Source: Eledone cirrhosa
Taxonomy: Eukaryota
Length of the DNA: 64,000 bases
Reading direction: 5' to 3'
Assembly: GCA_964016885.1 (NCBI GenBank)
Contig: OZ024742.1
Span: 52,080,001 to 52,144,000, forward strand
The translations under genes and the position numbers were made by a program. Of the stretch, positions 15,291 through 29,872 are shown piece after piece. The notes under the pieces were generated by a model. It was not told the origin of the DNA. It saw nothing but the letters and a program-made list of their open reading frames with translations, and ran no database searches. Position 1 is the first letter of the stretch, and each line of letters begins with the position of its first letter.

Positions 15291-15934
15291 ATCTTTTGTG
15301 GACTGTGCACGTAAATAGGTAAATGCACCCGAGCCTGTGTTTATACGTGAGCACGCGCAATGGTGTGCGCTGACGGGCAGTTACACGTATGTACGCTATG
15401 CTAAAATAAGAATTGTAATTCTTTACACTTCTGGATTATTAAACACAGGTTTATTATTTCATTTTATATTTTTCTAAATTTTTTATTTTTTTATTTTTAT
15501 TGGTTGTAACACACACGCATTTTTTGTTTGGCATCCCCCACCACGTTAAGTGGTGGCAGGATAGATGCCAGTCTACATGCATAAATTCTTCCGATCATAG
15601 CAGCAGCCTACTAAGGTTGACCTGCTGGCTTACCTCTTAATATCACTACCACTAACACCACAGTAAAGGAGATCAGTTGGACTTCAAAATTCTGATAAAA
15701 ACAACTATAATAGGCTGACCTTTCTCTGAAGAATTTCTATTGACTTTCGGCTGGGGAGTGGTATGACAACTGACCAATGGGTACGAGCGAGTCCTCTGAC
15801 GTTGAAATTCGTTCGTTCTAGACCATATGATTCCAGTTCCTCTGAGGACTAACAACACACCCAGGAGCTGGACATATCGATTAATTGACAGTGGAACACA
15901 TTTCAACAAAATGTTTACCTGTTCTTTCTACATT

Positions 15935-16001
15935 AATTCGTACTGCCTGATGAGAACAAGGCCAATAATAGCTGTCATTGAAATATATATAGCAGAGAAT
16001 T
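15935..16001 (+). ncRNA. Type-I hammerhead in the inverted pseudo-LTR arm
   Basis: CTGC-CTGATGA-(imperfect stem II)-GAAAT-ATAT-ATA^-GCAG, with distal aattc/gaatt pairing. The partner at ~12695-12770 (minus) has CTTATGA. Confidence 0.72.
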
Positions 16002-16163
16002 TATAATAAACGAAGCCAAATTTAACATGTTTGACGTACTTATTTTACATTACCCGGAGTAAACAAACCGACCTGCGTACTTCGTCGAGTGCTACAATCT
16101 GCATACTGACGTGTCGGTAAACAACCAACACATACACAACAAAAATAAATATATATATACATG

Positions 16164-16234
<71 letters not shown>

Positions 16235-16254
16235 CCAAAGTACTGCCAACCACA

Positions 16255-16678
16255 ACAACGAAACCCACAGTAAAAAAAATGCGATAGAACCAACTGTGGC
16301 ATATGCATCAACCTAATAGAGGGTTCGGAATTCTATTTCAAAGAAGGACAACGTTTTATAGTAAAACACAATTTCACATGCGCATCAGAAAATCTAATAT
16401 ATGTATTAACTTGCTCAGGTTGTCGAGAACAATACATAGGCCAGACCAAAATCAGCCTTCGCCAACGCATGACTGTCCATAGATCCCAAATTAAAATACA
16501 GGAATACAGAAAAATACCACTGAGTGAACACATTGATACCTGTGCCGCCCAAAATCCTCCCAACTTTAGAATCTTTCCCCTCTACACATTTAAAGATAAT
16601 GCCACCCACACCCAGCGCATCAGCAAGGAATCTCACTTTATTAACAAATACGGACTCCGTCTAAACACTTCTCCCTAA
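16255..16678 (+). pseudogene. PLE C-terminal zinc-finger linker + GIY-YIG endonuclease fragment (Neptune-like)
   Basis: [61 protein letters not shown]. Confidence 0.85.
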
Positions 16679-17314
16679 GACGAACCAACAACATACACAC
16701 GTCAATATACATACATACATCAGCATACATCCTACATACATTTCTTTCCACATATAAACACAATGACATACGTAAACACACATGTTCTATGGTGCAACAC
16801 AAATATACACAAATTTGCATACCTTTTGATGTCTCCGGATATAAACGTGCCGACACCCACACATACATATACGCACACATGCATTGCACACTGATGGGCA
16901 CATACATATTTGGACACAAGCATTCCCATACGGCAGGGCCTAATGGATTCCCCTTGCAGTACGTACAATCTGGACACTCACACACACCTTGGTGTTATGA
17001 CAATACTATACATCATTTCACCCCTTTTATTATTAATGTTTTTGATGTTCTTTTGTGAGAATCGTTTTTGCAAATTACAGAAAATATCGAATAATGTACA
17101 CCATTTTTACCAGTATCACAAAAATACTGGTCCATCCACACACACCCACATACACACATATACATACACACACATATACACACACACATACACACACACA
17201 CACTTCTCCGTATAAGACAAGAGTTGAAAAATAAGTTTCAACATGTTAAAATATCCCCCACACAGGTACAGACACGTTCCTACTGACCGAATCCCTCTAC
17301 CACGAACCATTCTG

Positions 17315-17430
<116 letters not shown>

Positions 17431-17524
17431 TTGACTTAATAGGCACCTGAACTGTTGCCTTTCAACATGACTGCAATTCACACACACATCCCTACTGACC
17501 ATTATCACAACAATGAACCTCTTT

Positions 17525-17564
<40 letters not shown>

Positions 17565-18050
17565 ACACACATATTTGTCTTAAAAGACTTATTTTTCAGT
17601 GACTTCTCAATCTGGCGAAAAAGTACACTCTTTGACAAACCTACATTTGGCGCAAAATCAATTTTTAACATTCACGTGACCTCTACCGACCAATCAAAAT
17701 TGTTTGGACTACAAGAATTTTTGCAACACGAATTGGCGCGAAACTTATAGTACTCATTCACGTGACATTCAACAACCAACCAAAGCTTAATACCTCTGGA
17801 GCCACTTTTTTCACATAAAACAGGTAGAATTTCAAAAACTGATCAGATTAGAGCAAACATCACGGGCGCTCTATCTCAAAATTATTTTTGAAAAGCATTA
17901 GAAATGCGCAATCGGTAAAAACTTAAAACTAAAACTGAATATTAACCAATACTTATTACTAATTTTTAATTATTCCTAATTAAACTATTTTTCACTGGGA
18001 AAAATTTGTCACCATTTTCTTTTCCTTTTACTAACATATATATATATATA

Positions 18051-18095
18051 TTTCATCTGAATGAAACAGTACTAGTCCTGTAGAAGCTCCTTCTA
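18051..18095 (+). ncRNA. 3' half of a hammerhead (stem II to cleavage site) isolated in (TA)n
   Basis: TTTC-ATCT-GAAT-GAAACAG-TACTAGTC-CTGTA^GAAG, homologous to 42941-42991. Confidence 0.7.
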
Positions 18096-18128
18096 TAAAA
18101 TATATCTATATATATATATATATATATG

Positions 18129-19028
<900 letters not shown>

Positions 19029-21312
19029 TATATGTGCATATATGTATATATGTATATATATATTATATTATATTATATTATATAAGATTATTTTATATTA
19101 TTATTTCATATTATATATATATATTTAATATTATATTATATGCCTTATGTTCATACACGGAACAAAAGCGCTAGCTAAGATTCCATAGCCAAATATTGAC
19201 CATATATTCAGAATAGGGGGCAGAATATTAGGTCCCAACTTTGATCCATCTTACAATCTAAAGATATGTTCAATATTGGCCTTGACACATTAGGTAGTAC
19301 GCTTGTTCCCCGTATGAACATAAATAAATATATATACATCTCTAGATATAACTGTATATGCATAAATGGGTATATAACCGATAACTGCATAAATCGGTAT
19401 ATAAATTTACCCATATTTAATATATATATACGTTGCCCTTTCGTTAAAGGGATGTATATCATTTAGACAAAACTGAGGTTGTATTCCCTGAATTATTGTA
19501 GCGTTCCTCGTGTCCATGCTAGAGTGTTTGTGTGTGCATGCCCGAGTGTGCTTGGATATGTTCAAATATCTATGGATATGAAATACTCGTCAAGTATTCC
19601 ATAGCATGTATAAATGAGCTTTTGCTTCTAATATAAACCGTGTATTGAAACAGAATTACTTAAAATCTATAGTCACGAGGTTATAGGAAATATATTCGCT
19701 ATAATCCCGATTGCTCACATTACTCACTCAATGAAATATAGTTTGAATGTATAATCAAGCGAATATGTCTCAGAGTGCAAAGAATATGTATAAATGTAAT
19801 GATGCTGTCGTACTTGGTTATCTCGCGCTTTGAGGACTCTTCTAATGCAGACTGCTTCGAAAATGCAATATGCAATTTGCCAAATACAGTGGTGTCATTG
19901 TGCAAATATGCAAATATGCATTCTGCATTTCTTCTTCAGTGGATATAACTAATTATAGCAAGGCAATGCGAAGCCATCTATCTAGCTAGGCTGTCAAGAT
20001 CTTACTGCTATAATGGCTAAGGTAGTCGGCAGAAAATAGTGGCGTAACACGCAGCACAATGACCTGTCGTTCGCTAAGGGATTTTCCTAATAGCTGCAAA
20101 TTCAAAATAAAATATATCTTGAATTTAAAGCGAATTTAGATCTCAACCAGTTGGAAAAAGAAATACAAAATTGCAAAGAAATACAGTGGCAATAAAATGA
20201 TGAAAATACTATTTACTAACATTTCTGGCATCTCCTGAACTAAGTTTGCAACCCAAGATTTTCCCGATTACAGTTGCTTCACTTCATGCTCCCATAAGTC
20301 TAATCTTCTAATTCAACACTTCATATACCATCAATAAGATCGATCAATCATGTGATTAACTGTACATCTAACAAGCATATACATTCACACATTAACCATT
20401 ATCTATTATATTAATATATGGTGTAAACAATCTGTATTTTTAACATATTTTACCTGCTAATATCTGAAATATTTATGAAGCATATTAGCTAAGGTTTAAC
20501 TGTTTATTAGGCTTGATAATGATCCACCTCCAGCATAGATATTATATAGGGATATATTTGAATATTCAATTCGTTGAAGAATTTCCTATTGAAAATAATT
20601 TGTCAGATTCAGGGGGTTCAGTATACATTTTTCAAAATATTAATTTTATCATCACAAACCTTGTATTTTATTATAACATTTCCAATGAGTATTTCTCTCA
20701 CAGTATATATCTTGCACTCAATACGAGTATCTAATTTAAAAGCATCTAATTTAAATGTATGAATATTTAATTCACACTTTCATATAAATTATAAACAATT
20801 TTAAATTATTTAATCATCAAGGATTTACAGTTTTCACAAAATGTTAAAACAATAATTCAATTTCTCTTCTCACGTTGCCTCACGTTGCTGATTATACGGT
20901 GTCTGCAAATATATGCACACCGAATGACATGATGTATTTAATTAATGAAGTGTTTTATTTCCTTTTGTTCATTAGAAACATTATCTGTTATCATATTTTC
21001 ATTAATATTGAAGTAAAAATAGAATAGTTAAAATATTGTAGTAGAACTTTTAAGACATTATTTCATTTGTCTGTTCTTAAATCAGTAATTCTGCAGTCTC
21101 AACTTGCTAAATCAGTGCAAGAGAAATTAAAAAGGTGATTTCGGGTTAATTTGGTTTCATAACCCTATGACATACAAACATTGAATTTCACGGGAATTAT
21201 AATTTTAAACGTGTTATTGAGAAAATGATATTCAAATACACAGACACACTCCACGTCAGTATACATTTTTGCCGGTTTCTGAAAAGCATACACTTTATTA
21301 ACGTGTCTCTAA

Positions 21313-21460
<148 letters not shown>

Positions 21461-21556
21461 TCAGTTGAAGAAAGATGGTTGAATGAAAATTTGCCGACAT
21501 TTTCTTAACAGATGTAAAGTACTCCACGGTGTTTGTTATCCAGAGTTTTATTATAA

Positions 21557-21970
21557 TAATTGTTTCTACTTTTGGCACAAGGCCAGTAGTTACCCAGTGC
21601 ATTACTGGTACTTTTATTTTATCGACCCCGTAAGGATGAAAGGCAAACTTAACCTCGGCGGGATTTGAACTCAGAATGGCAAGGTCCGTAACTATATGCG
21701 TCAAAGCAGGGCGTCCGACCATCTACCGATACTGCCAATCCACCGCCCTTTTATTATAATAATGATTTCTAGTATAGGCACAAGGCCAGTCATTTTGGGG
21801 AAGGGGAAAGTCGATTAAATCGACTTCAGTACATTACTGGTCCTTTATTTTATCTATCCTGTAAGCAAAGTTAACCTCGGTGGGATTAGAACTCATAACG
21901 TAAAGGGCCATCACTCTATGCTGAAAAGCATGGTGTCCGGCTATTTACCGATACTGCCAATCCACCGCCC
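21557..21970 (-). mobile_element. Two tandem cephalopod SINE copies
   Basis: Each ends (plus strand) in ccgatactgccaatccaccgccc, which is the SINE 5' head read on the minus strand. Confidence 0.85.
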
Positions 21971-22326
21971 TTGAGTTTTATTATAATAATAAACATGCCT
22001 CACTAGGAATCTAGGGATCAATCTGGTAACATGATACCCTAGCCGGTTCACAAGAACAACAATTGCAATATCTATCTCCCACACATAAGAACTGACACTT
22101 GAAAATTTCGGACATATTTCGGACATATGCTTACTGGTCGGCGAAGGGAATAACTCGAATGACCGGTAACATATCAATGGCTATTTACATCTATTTCGGA
22201 TTTTTGTCTGAAGAGAACACGTAGTGCAACTGGTGTACAACTGCCACACGTCTTTGAAATACGTATAACAAAATAAATGGGGCTGGACAAATGAAACCGT
22301 TGTTCCTGTTTATTATATATATATAT

Positions 22327-22415
<89 letters not shown>

Positions 22416-23244
22416 TGTGTTTGTGCCTACGTGAGTGTCTGTGTGCCTGCATATAAACTGCATCAGTATGATATATATCTGGAGAATTCGTAAAGATATT
22501 TAATAAATTTACATTTAGCCTCACGGTGAAAACTACTGAACAGGCAGAATACCTAATATTCAACATATATTCTGGTAAAAGTATTAATTATAACGCATTC
22601 AGACATACATTCAGATATGCACGCACTTACACACTTACACACACATACACACACACACATATATATATATACACACACACAAACCAAATCAGACACGTAT
22701 ATATGTATATATATATATGTGTGTGTGTGTGCGTGTGTGTTTTTGTGTGTTCTGGGTGTGTTTGTGTGTTCGTGTATGTGTGTGTGTATGTGTGTGTGTG
22801 TGTCTTATGACACACATCATCCAATGCAAATATATTTAAAATATTGCGTGCCCGATATAGGAAAAAATGTGTGTATTGAAATTATTCAATTAAATACATA
22901 ATATTGCATATGCCTGCAAGTATTTTATACAGAAATGATATCAACAATGTATATTCGTATTAGAGGGAAAAGCGCTAACCCTCAACATAGCTCAGTTGAC
23001 AAATAAAATTGAATATAAATATTATATTAAGGATGTTGTAGCTATATGCTTCATACATCACTTCTACAGAAAGGGAAATCGACTAATTAGTAGGAAATAA
23101 CTTCCAACTTTTTTTTTTCATGTTTGTACTGTCCTATTTGTGTTTCTCTTCTGCACAGACGATAATTAACACTGCTCATTTCAGACATCTCTCTCTCTCT
23201 CTATATATATATATATTTATATATATATGTATATATATATATAA

Positions 23245-24179
23245 TCTATATATATAAAACTGTGGTTGTCTGTCTGTCTATCGATTTTTGGCACACATCT
23301 CCTCTTAGAATCTCGCACGGAATTGCACCGAAATTGCTATACTTGTACATTGAGCCCTAGCGAAGACATCGGAAAAAAAAAATTTCAAATTGACCCACCC
23401 TATGTGACGAAATCGAATATAATGTATCGATTTTTGAGCGTAAGTTATCAGTTATTTCCCTTTGTTCTATTTACATTGAGCGTCTTACGTAAAAAATTAC
23501 GCTGGCTTTAACAGTTGTCGAGCCAGCAAAATATTGACCTGCAAAATTCATCAGTTCGAACACTAGGCTTCCGTTTTGCTTCATTTCCATTTAAAAGCAT
23601 TTTAAAACAATATTTTTACTTGAAAACAAGTCTATTTAAAGACTACGTAAAACAAGCAAATATTTCGTCGTTAGGCGTGCAGACAGACAGTCGTGCAGAG
23701 AGGTGATATACGCGTGCAGACAGACAGTCGTGCAGAGAGGTGATATAGGCGTGCAAACAGACAGTCGTGCAGAGAGGTGATATAGGCGTGCAGACAGACA
23801 GTCGTGCAGAGAGGTAATATCGGCGTGCAGACAGACAGTCGTGCAGAGAGGTGATATAGGCGTGCAGACAGACATAACTGATAATTTGGTTTAGCTAATG
23901 TTTTTCTCTGCGTTGCACTGTTTACATTTTCGATCTTTGTTAATAAATAACCAGTGCAGTTTTTATCCCCAGCATCCTCTTTTGTTATAACATTCGGGTT
24001 ATCGTTATGTTTTCTTAACTTCATAAGGCATATTGTTGGTTGAGGGAATATTAATCAAAAACACCACATGCAAGTCTGCACAGTAGACACTACAGTTTTT
24101 AAGCCAAAAAAGAAACTTAAGATTGTAACTTTAACACAGCTACTGAGCGACCCCGAGCAACGCCGGGCTTTACTGCTAG
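23245..24179 (+). mobile_element. Non-autonomous Helitron
   Basis: 5' end TCTATATATATAAAA followed by (GTCT)n. 3' hairpin cccgagcaacgccggg then CTAG. Inserted between A and T in (TA)n, with an internal minisatellite. Confidence 0.85.
23674..23873. repeat. 37-bp minisatellite (~5.4 copies) inside the Helitron
   Basis: Unit ggcgtgcagacagacagtcgtgcagagaggtgatata. Confidence 0.95.
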
Positions 24180-24228
24180 TATATATATATATATATACAT
24201 ATATATAATATATATATATATATATACA

Positions 24229-24295
<67 letters not shown>

Positions 24296-24455
24296 TCTCT
24301 CTCTCTCTCCCTCTTACTTTCTCCCCTACTTAATCACTGATCTCCCTTCCTCCTTAACAACCAATCTCTGTTTTGTTTCTCTCTAGCATTAATACTTTCA
24401 GCTGATAACATTGCATAACCATGTTGTATTTTCGCGTGCAATGCATTCCCTAATA

Positions 24456-24533
24456 TTTCTAACTGATGAGTTATTGACAGGCTGGTTATACAACATAATT
24501 GGCTGAAAATAATGAAACACGTGTAGATAATGC
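24456..24533 (+). ncRNA. Hammerhead core with enlarged stem II and weak stem I (diverged relative at ~27310-27385)
   Basis: CTGATGA-GTTATT..AATAAT-GAAACACGTGTA, with palindromic ACACGTGT in stem III. Confidence 0.6.
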
Positions 24534-24646
24534 ATATCTAGACACAGGAAAATGCTTACACACGGAGTTAGATAGTAATATTGTTTTACATGCACACATG
24601 GCTAGAGATTTTAATGGGTGAGAAGAGTACATTATTTTAATCAGCA

Positions 24647-24836
24647 AGGGTGGTAGATTGGCAGAATCGGTAGAGCGTCGGACACCATGCTTTACAACAT
24701 AGAGTTACGGCCCCTTTACGGTCCGATTTCAAATCCACCTAGGTTAGCTTTGCCTTTCATACTTACGTGGTCGATAAAATAAAGTACGAGTAATGCACTG
24801 GAATAGTTGCTGGCCTTGAGCCAAAAGTAGAAACAA
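24647..24836 (+). mobile_element. Full-length cephalopod SINE with 16-bp TSD
   Basis: Flanked by attattttaatcagca / attattttaaccagca. Confidence 0.9.
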
Positions 24837-25359
24837 TTATTTTAACCAGCATATTTTGAATTGTAATTATTTTATCTATACCGCATCATCCTACTCCAAC
24901 AAGGTTGCTTCCACTCATATATAAGGGTGCTTAACTGAGACTGTCACATAAGATTACAACACCTTACATTTATTTTCCTACTCCTCCCTACTTCTTTGAA
25001 TCTTCGTCTTTCATTTCTCTGTTGCCTTATTTCTCTGTCCCACTGATTCTCAGTTTCTTTCAGTTGCAATTAACTGTCAATCTGCAGTCTTTGTATATAG
25101 ATTGATTTAACTTTCACTTAATCCTTTGATCTTTTATATTACGCATAAATCAATCTTTAATGTGTCGTTGAACAATTAAATTATGAAACCTATTATTCAT
25201 ACTGTGTGCGAATATGTAGCGCGACGCATTAGACTATGAAATGCTATATAACCGTTTAAAATAATACTCTAAAGTTAAATCCAAAAGATTCTATGACACC
25301 GAATAGTCTTATATTAAGAATAGTAGGCTCTTACGTTGTTCTCCCCGGAACGCTCCATG

Positions 25360-25436
<77 letters not shown>

Positions 25437-25470
25437 CCTCTACACACCCTTGGAACTCTCTTCCCACACA

Positions 25471-25510
25471 AATTTCGCCTGAAGAAGGGCTTACGCCCGA
25501 AACGTCGTTC
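25471..25510 (+). ncRNA. Ultra-minimal PLE-type hammerhead motif in a solo pseudo-LTR end (25437-25600)
   Basis: CTGAAGA-A-GGGC-TTAC-GCCC-GAAAC-GTC, followed by AATAAA and a pyrimidine-rich tail, in (TA)n. Stem I is weak. Confidence 0.65.
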
Positions 25511-25594
25511 CCCATCACCACCCCCACTCTCAAGAGCGTGAAACTAATAAACCTTTGTTCGTACTGCCCCTCTGTTTTGTTCCCGTTCTATTTT

Positions 25595-25696
<102 letters not shown>

Positions 25697-26782
25697 ATTT
25701 CATATGTTAAGTTACAAACTCGCACTACTCCCATATAATCAAATTAGCTCAAGGAAAAGATTCCGAGCCCTTTATAACAGTGTTATATATTTTTCTCTCT
25801 CATTCTGTATGTATGTATTTTTTTTTGTTCATGTGATAGACGAAGATATTAACTAATTGTTTGTTTAATTATTACGTTGTATACTGTAAATTTATCTTCT
25901 ATACGGTACTATCATTCAATATATGGATAACATGATCTGTAATATCCAATATTGATCCCCTTTTCATAATTTTTAACTATAATTTATACTTCTTCCCATC
26001 CATAGGTTTTTTTATTAACCTCAATCAAGATTTTAACTTTTACTTTCTAATTTTATTACCAATTTTATTACCATAATATCTAGACCCAAGAATTAAATTT
26101 ATATTCTCTTCGCAGGTGATGGTCAATTCTATTGTCCAAGCATAAATTAGGGGATGTATAGAAACTTATTCAAACTTATACTCTACCATTACCACAGATA
26201 TTTGGTAGGCTGCTGCTGGTCTTGAGACTAGCAGTAAACTCTAACTTAGTGACTGGCACGAGCCCTGTGACCGTGTCTCCTTATCTGCCATGATGGGGGA
26301 GATTGACTGGTTGCGTGGGGCCTGCCTACGCTACTTTCGATGTGTTTTGGGTAGTACTAATTTTCCTGGATACCCGCAGAAGAGCACATGAATTCTAGCT
26401 TTCACTTAATAATTCTTGCGGAACAGATTCATGTCTGTCCGGGTATCATATTGTTATTTTTATTGATTTATTATGTTTAATCGAGACAGGCAAACCATAT
26501 TATTTTAAATTAGTATTTTTCAACCTAGCTAACTTGGTCATTTGCAATTCGAACACATGTACACTTGTATCGGTGTTCGTCCCTCTCATATATCCAATTA
26601 TATTACACGGCTCGGAAAGATTCCCTTCTTTGAGCTATTTAATTGTAAAAGACTATTTTGAGTTATTAACACAATCAATGATATATATATATATATATAT
26701 ATATAACGAAGGAAATGTGGTAAGGAACCAGGTGGACCATAACGCACCAAAGTACTCAATACTTGAGGTAGTAGAGTGGGTA

Positions 26783-26906
26783 ATAGGAACCAGTAAGACC
26801 CCGACAGCTGAGCTCAAGCCGTTTCGACGGCTAATTCATGAATTAATTCATGAATTAGCCGTCGAAACGGCTTGAGCTCAGCTGTCGGGGTCTTACTGGT
26901 TCCTAT
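26783..26906. repeat. Perfect 124-bp palindrome (62-bp arms, no spacer) containing a hammerhead 3' half
   Basis: The arms are exact reverse complements and each carries GTC-GAAACGG-CTTGAGCTCAG-CTGTC^GGGG. Confidence 0.95.
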
Positions 26907-26943
26907 ATATATATATATATATATATGCATATATACATATATA

Positions 26944-27002
<59 letters not shown>

Positions 27003-28808
27003 TATATATATATATATCTTGAATATATATATATATATTAAATTTATATATATATATTAAATAAACATATGTATGGGTATATATATATAGGTGTGTGTGC
27101 GCGGGTGTGTGTGTGTGTATGTGTGTGTGAGTGAATGTGTTTTGATCAGAATATTCATGTGCAGAAACAAAAGCTCGAGCTATGAGAATTGTTGTAATGT
27201 GCATTTTATTTTTTAGCACAGGATAGATATCTACTACTCGTATTTCATTACTTTCAGCTAATGATGTTGCATAACCAACTATATTTGTAGGTAAAATCCA
27301 TTTTCTAATATGGCGAACTGATGATTTATTCACAAGGCTATTCTATAATGTAGTTTGGTGAAAATAATGAATCGAGTATAGTTAATGTCTATATTCTGAT
27401 AGGAAAATACTCATAAACTCCTCCTTTCTGTGAAATGAAACAATTTTATTACAAATAAAGAAATCAGGAAAGGATTAGGTCAGAAGCCTGTATTGTTAGA
27501 GATTTTGAAAAGGTGCCTTATTTCGCTTGGACATCTTTTCAGGCGGCCATAAAAATGAGCCCGGCTCTAAACTTTGCACTAGCTTGCGGGACGTAAAGGA
27601 AAGAGGGGGGGACCTAAACTGAATTGACATCAGTACACTGTGCAAGATCTACCTACTACTGGTAAACAAGGAATGTAAAGATGTATCTGCCCTGGACGGG
27701 AATGGAAAAGACTGGATTGCTCTGACTCTTAAATTCGCCCCACTCACTGAAATCCTTCACAATCAGCCTGCTTTTTTGCTTTTCCAGAAAACTGCAGAAC
27801 ATTGGGAACCTATAAAGGGATACTGTACATAATATAATTTCAATATTCTTATATAAGACTCTCTCGAAATGTTCCCAATTCAAATATATCATCTGTCTCT
27901 TTACACAAAGAACAATCGAAACTACATATCACCAAAGCTTGCACTAACCTTTATGACTGCTGGGTGCCCTGTAAAATATCTGCTTCTATACATATTCTGC
28001 TACGTTGTAGCAATTAAAAGGAATATTGTTCTACACTATCAATTATTCACACAAAACTCGTCAAATACATTACATATGATGGGAAATAGCTTTCGCTTTC
28101 TTGCCTGCACCAACCAAAGTCTTAAATATATAATTGCCTGCTCATCTTGCTCGCAGTGAATCTCGATTTCAAAGTAAAATGTTAACCTAAAATAAATTAA
28201 CTGATCTAATTAATCTCCAATTACTGATTTGGATTATTACATTGGCCCTGTCCATATTCATTCATTTACCTGTAACTCATTTCCCTAATTTACTTCCACT
28301 TACGGCAATAATACATCTGAATCTCAATATTATCAATAGCTACATATTACACTTAATTAGATCCCTAATTAACACAACATGCCTCCCACTTCCAGCAAAG
28401 CCTCTTTATAATACATTCATTCAGCTTTTAACCAATGATATCATTACCATTACTGGCTTGAAATATATATTTAACATCAGACTGGATTCTTATCTTAGCT
28501 TCTCCTATTAATTTCATTATGCACACCATATCAATTTCCTGCTTACCACACATGTGGATTTCCTGAACTATAATTTTTCTCAAAATTTCTAATGTATTCA
28601 AAATCCAGAGCTTTAATTTATTTTTAAACAGATGTACAAAATTATTAATAAATTTACAAATAATATCTTTCTATTTTTTTTTTTTGTTTTCTATCACTTA
28701 TTTTAATTTCAAATGAAGGACCATCTCCGAAAGGTTAAACCTCATATATCATCATTGTACTCTATTTTATTGAGTGTTTTGATTTCCATACTGATGTACA
28801 TGAGGGGC

Positions 28809-28872
<64 letters not shown>

Positions 28873-29042
28873 ATACTTGGGGAGAGTCATATTGTTGTAA
28901 TAATATTGCCAGAAATAATAACAGAACACACTCACTGTTTCGTTGATTTTCTCTTCTGTATCTTTTATATCTCCATAGTTAATTTAGTTCGCAATCAAAG
29001 TTTATCATTGACTGACCAACGGTTAAAAATACAGAAATAAAT

Positions 29043-29117
<75 letters not shown>

Positions 29118-29123
<6 letters not shown>

Positions 29124-29872
29124 ATACTTTGGGAGGGTCATGTTGCCAATATGTTCTTTCGTCACACATTCTGTGAGCTCATCAGTGGTGACCGGGGATT
29201 ATTTTCTTTGTTTTGTGCCACTCCGTTGTTCTGTCTTACGCCATCTTGTTTTTGTGTGTGTTGTGTGCTTAGTTTGCGCATGTGTTACATCCGCGTGTCC
29301 GTGTGTGTTTTTTTCATTTGTTTATTTATTTGTTTATTTACATGTTACTAGTTGGTTGTTTGCTCTATGTGTGTGTGTTTTCATTTGTCCTTAATTGTAA
29401 GTTGTGATGTTGCTATTCCATTCATGTTTTCTATTTAATTTTGGTTGGAGTTCATTTATGTTTATTGCCTCTGGGATTTGTCTATACATTGCGTCTTTTC
29501 TGTGTGTAGATTTTATTTTTATTTCTATGTTCTCTAATTTGCCCTTATGTTCTATTTTAGCATGTTGGTGGAGTAATGATGAGTCTTTTCTATCTTGAAG
29601 CTCTCGCCAGTGTTCATTTAATCGTCCTCCTATACTACGAGCTGTCTCACCTATGTACATTAAATTCTTATATTTATGAGGTCACAGAATATGTGACGAA
29701 ATAACTTTGACAATATATGAACAACCGTCTGGTTGTGAAACCAACTAACCAACCGGAAATTTATAAATTTTTTAATGTTTTAAATTTATAATTTAATTTA
29801 TAATAAATTGGAGTGAAAGCTACTGGTGCGTGTGTTTCTTATTGGTAACATGACCTTCCCACAGTATAACAA
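29118..29872 (-). mobile_element. Small PLE remnant: GIY-YIG C-terminus with inverted pseudo-LTR pieces
   Basis: Inverted ends tgttatact..gtcatgtt / aacatgac..agtataaca. Partial HHR CTGATGA-(stem II)-GAAA at 29157-29185 (minus) and a degenerate inverted copy at ~29673-29700. Confidence 0.8.
29391..29660 (-). pseudogene. PLE GIY-YIG endonuclease fragment
   Basis: YIGETARS..RLNEH..SSLLHQH..H..RQIPEAI.I....PKLNRKHEW. Confidence 0.9.

Larger units (their letters stand above)
12655..16047 (-). mobile_element. Penelope-like element (Hydra-like), degraded, with ~750 bp inverted pseudo-LTR arms
   Basis: Arms 12655-13407 and 15291-16047 are reverse complements. They enclose a minus-strand PLE ORF remnant and each carries an HHR motif. 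Confidence 0.88.

Noticed and set aside
17881-17925. TTGAAAA-GCATT-AGA-AATGC-GCAAT-CGGTA as a U3-A8 hammerhead
   Set aside because: GAAA reads GCAA and stem I is only T/A runs. Plausible relic but not supportable.
23674-23873. 37-bp repeats as a CRISPR array
   Set aside because: The units are head-to-tail with no unique spacers, in a eukaryotic Helitron context.
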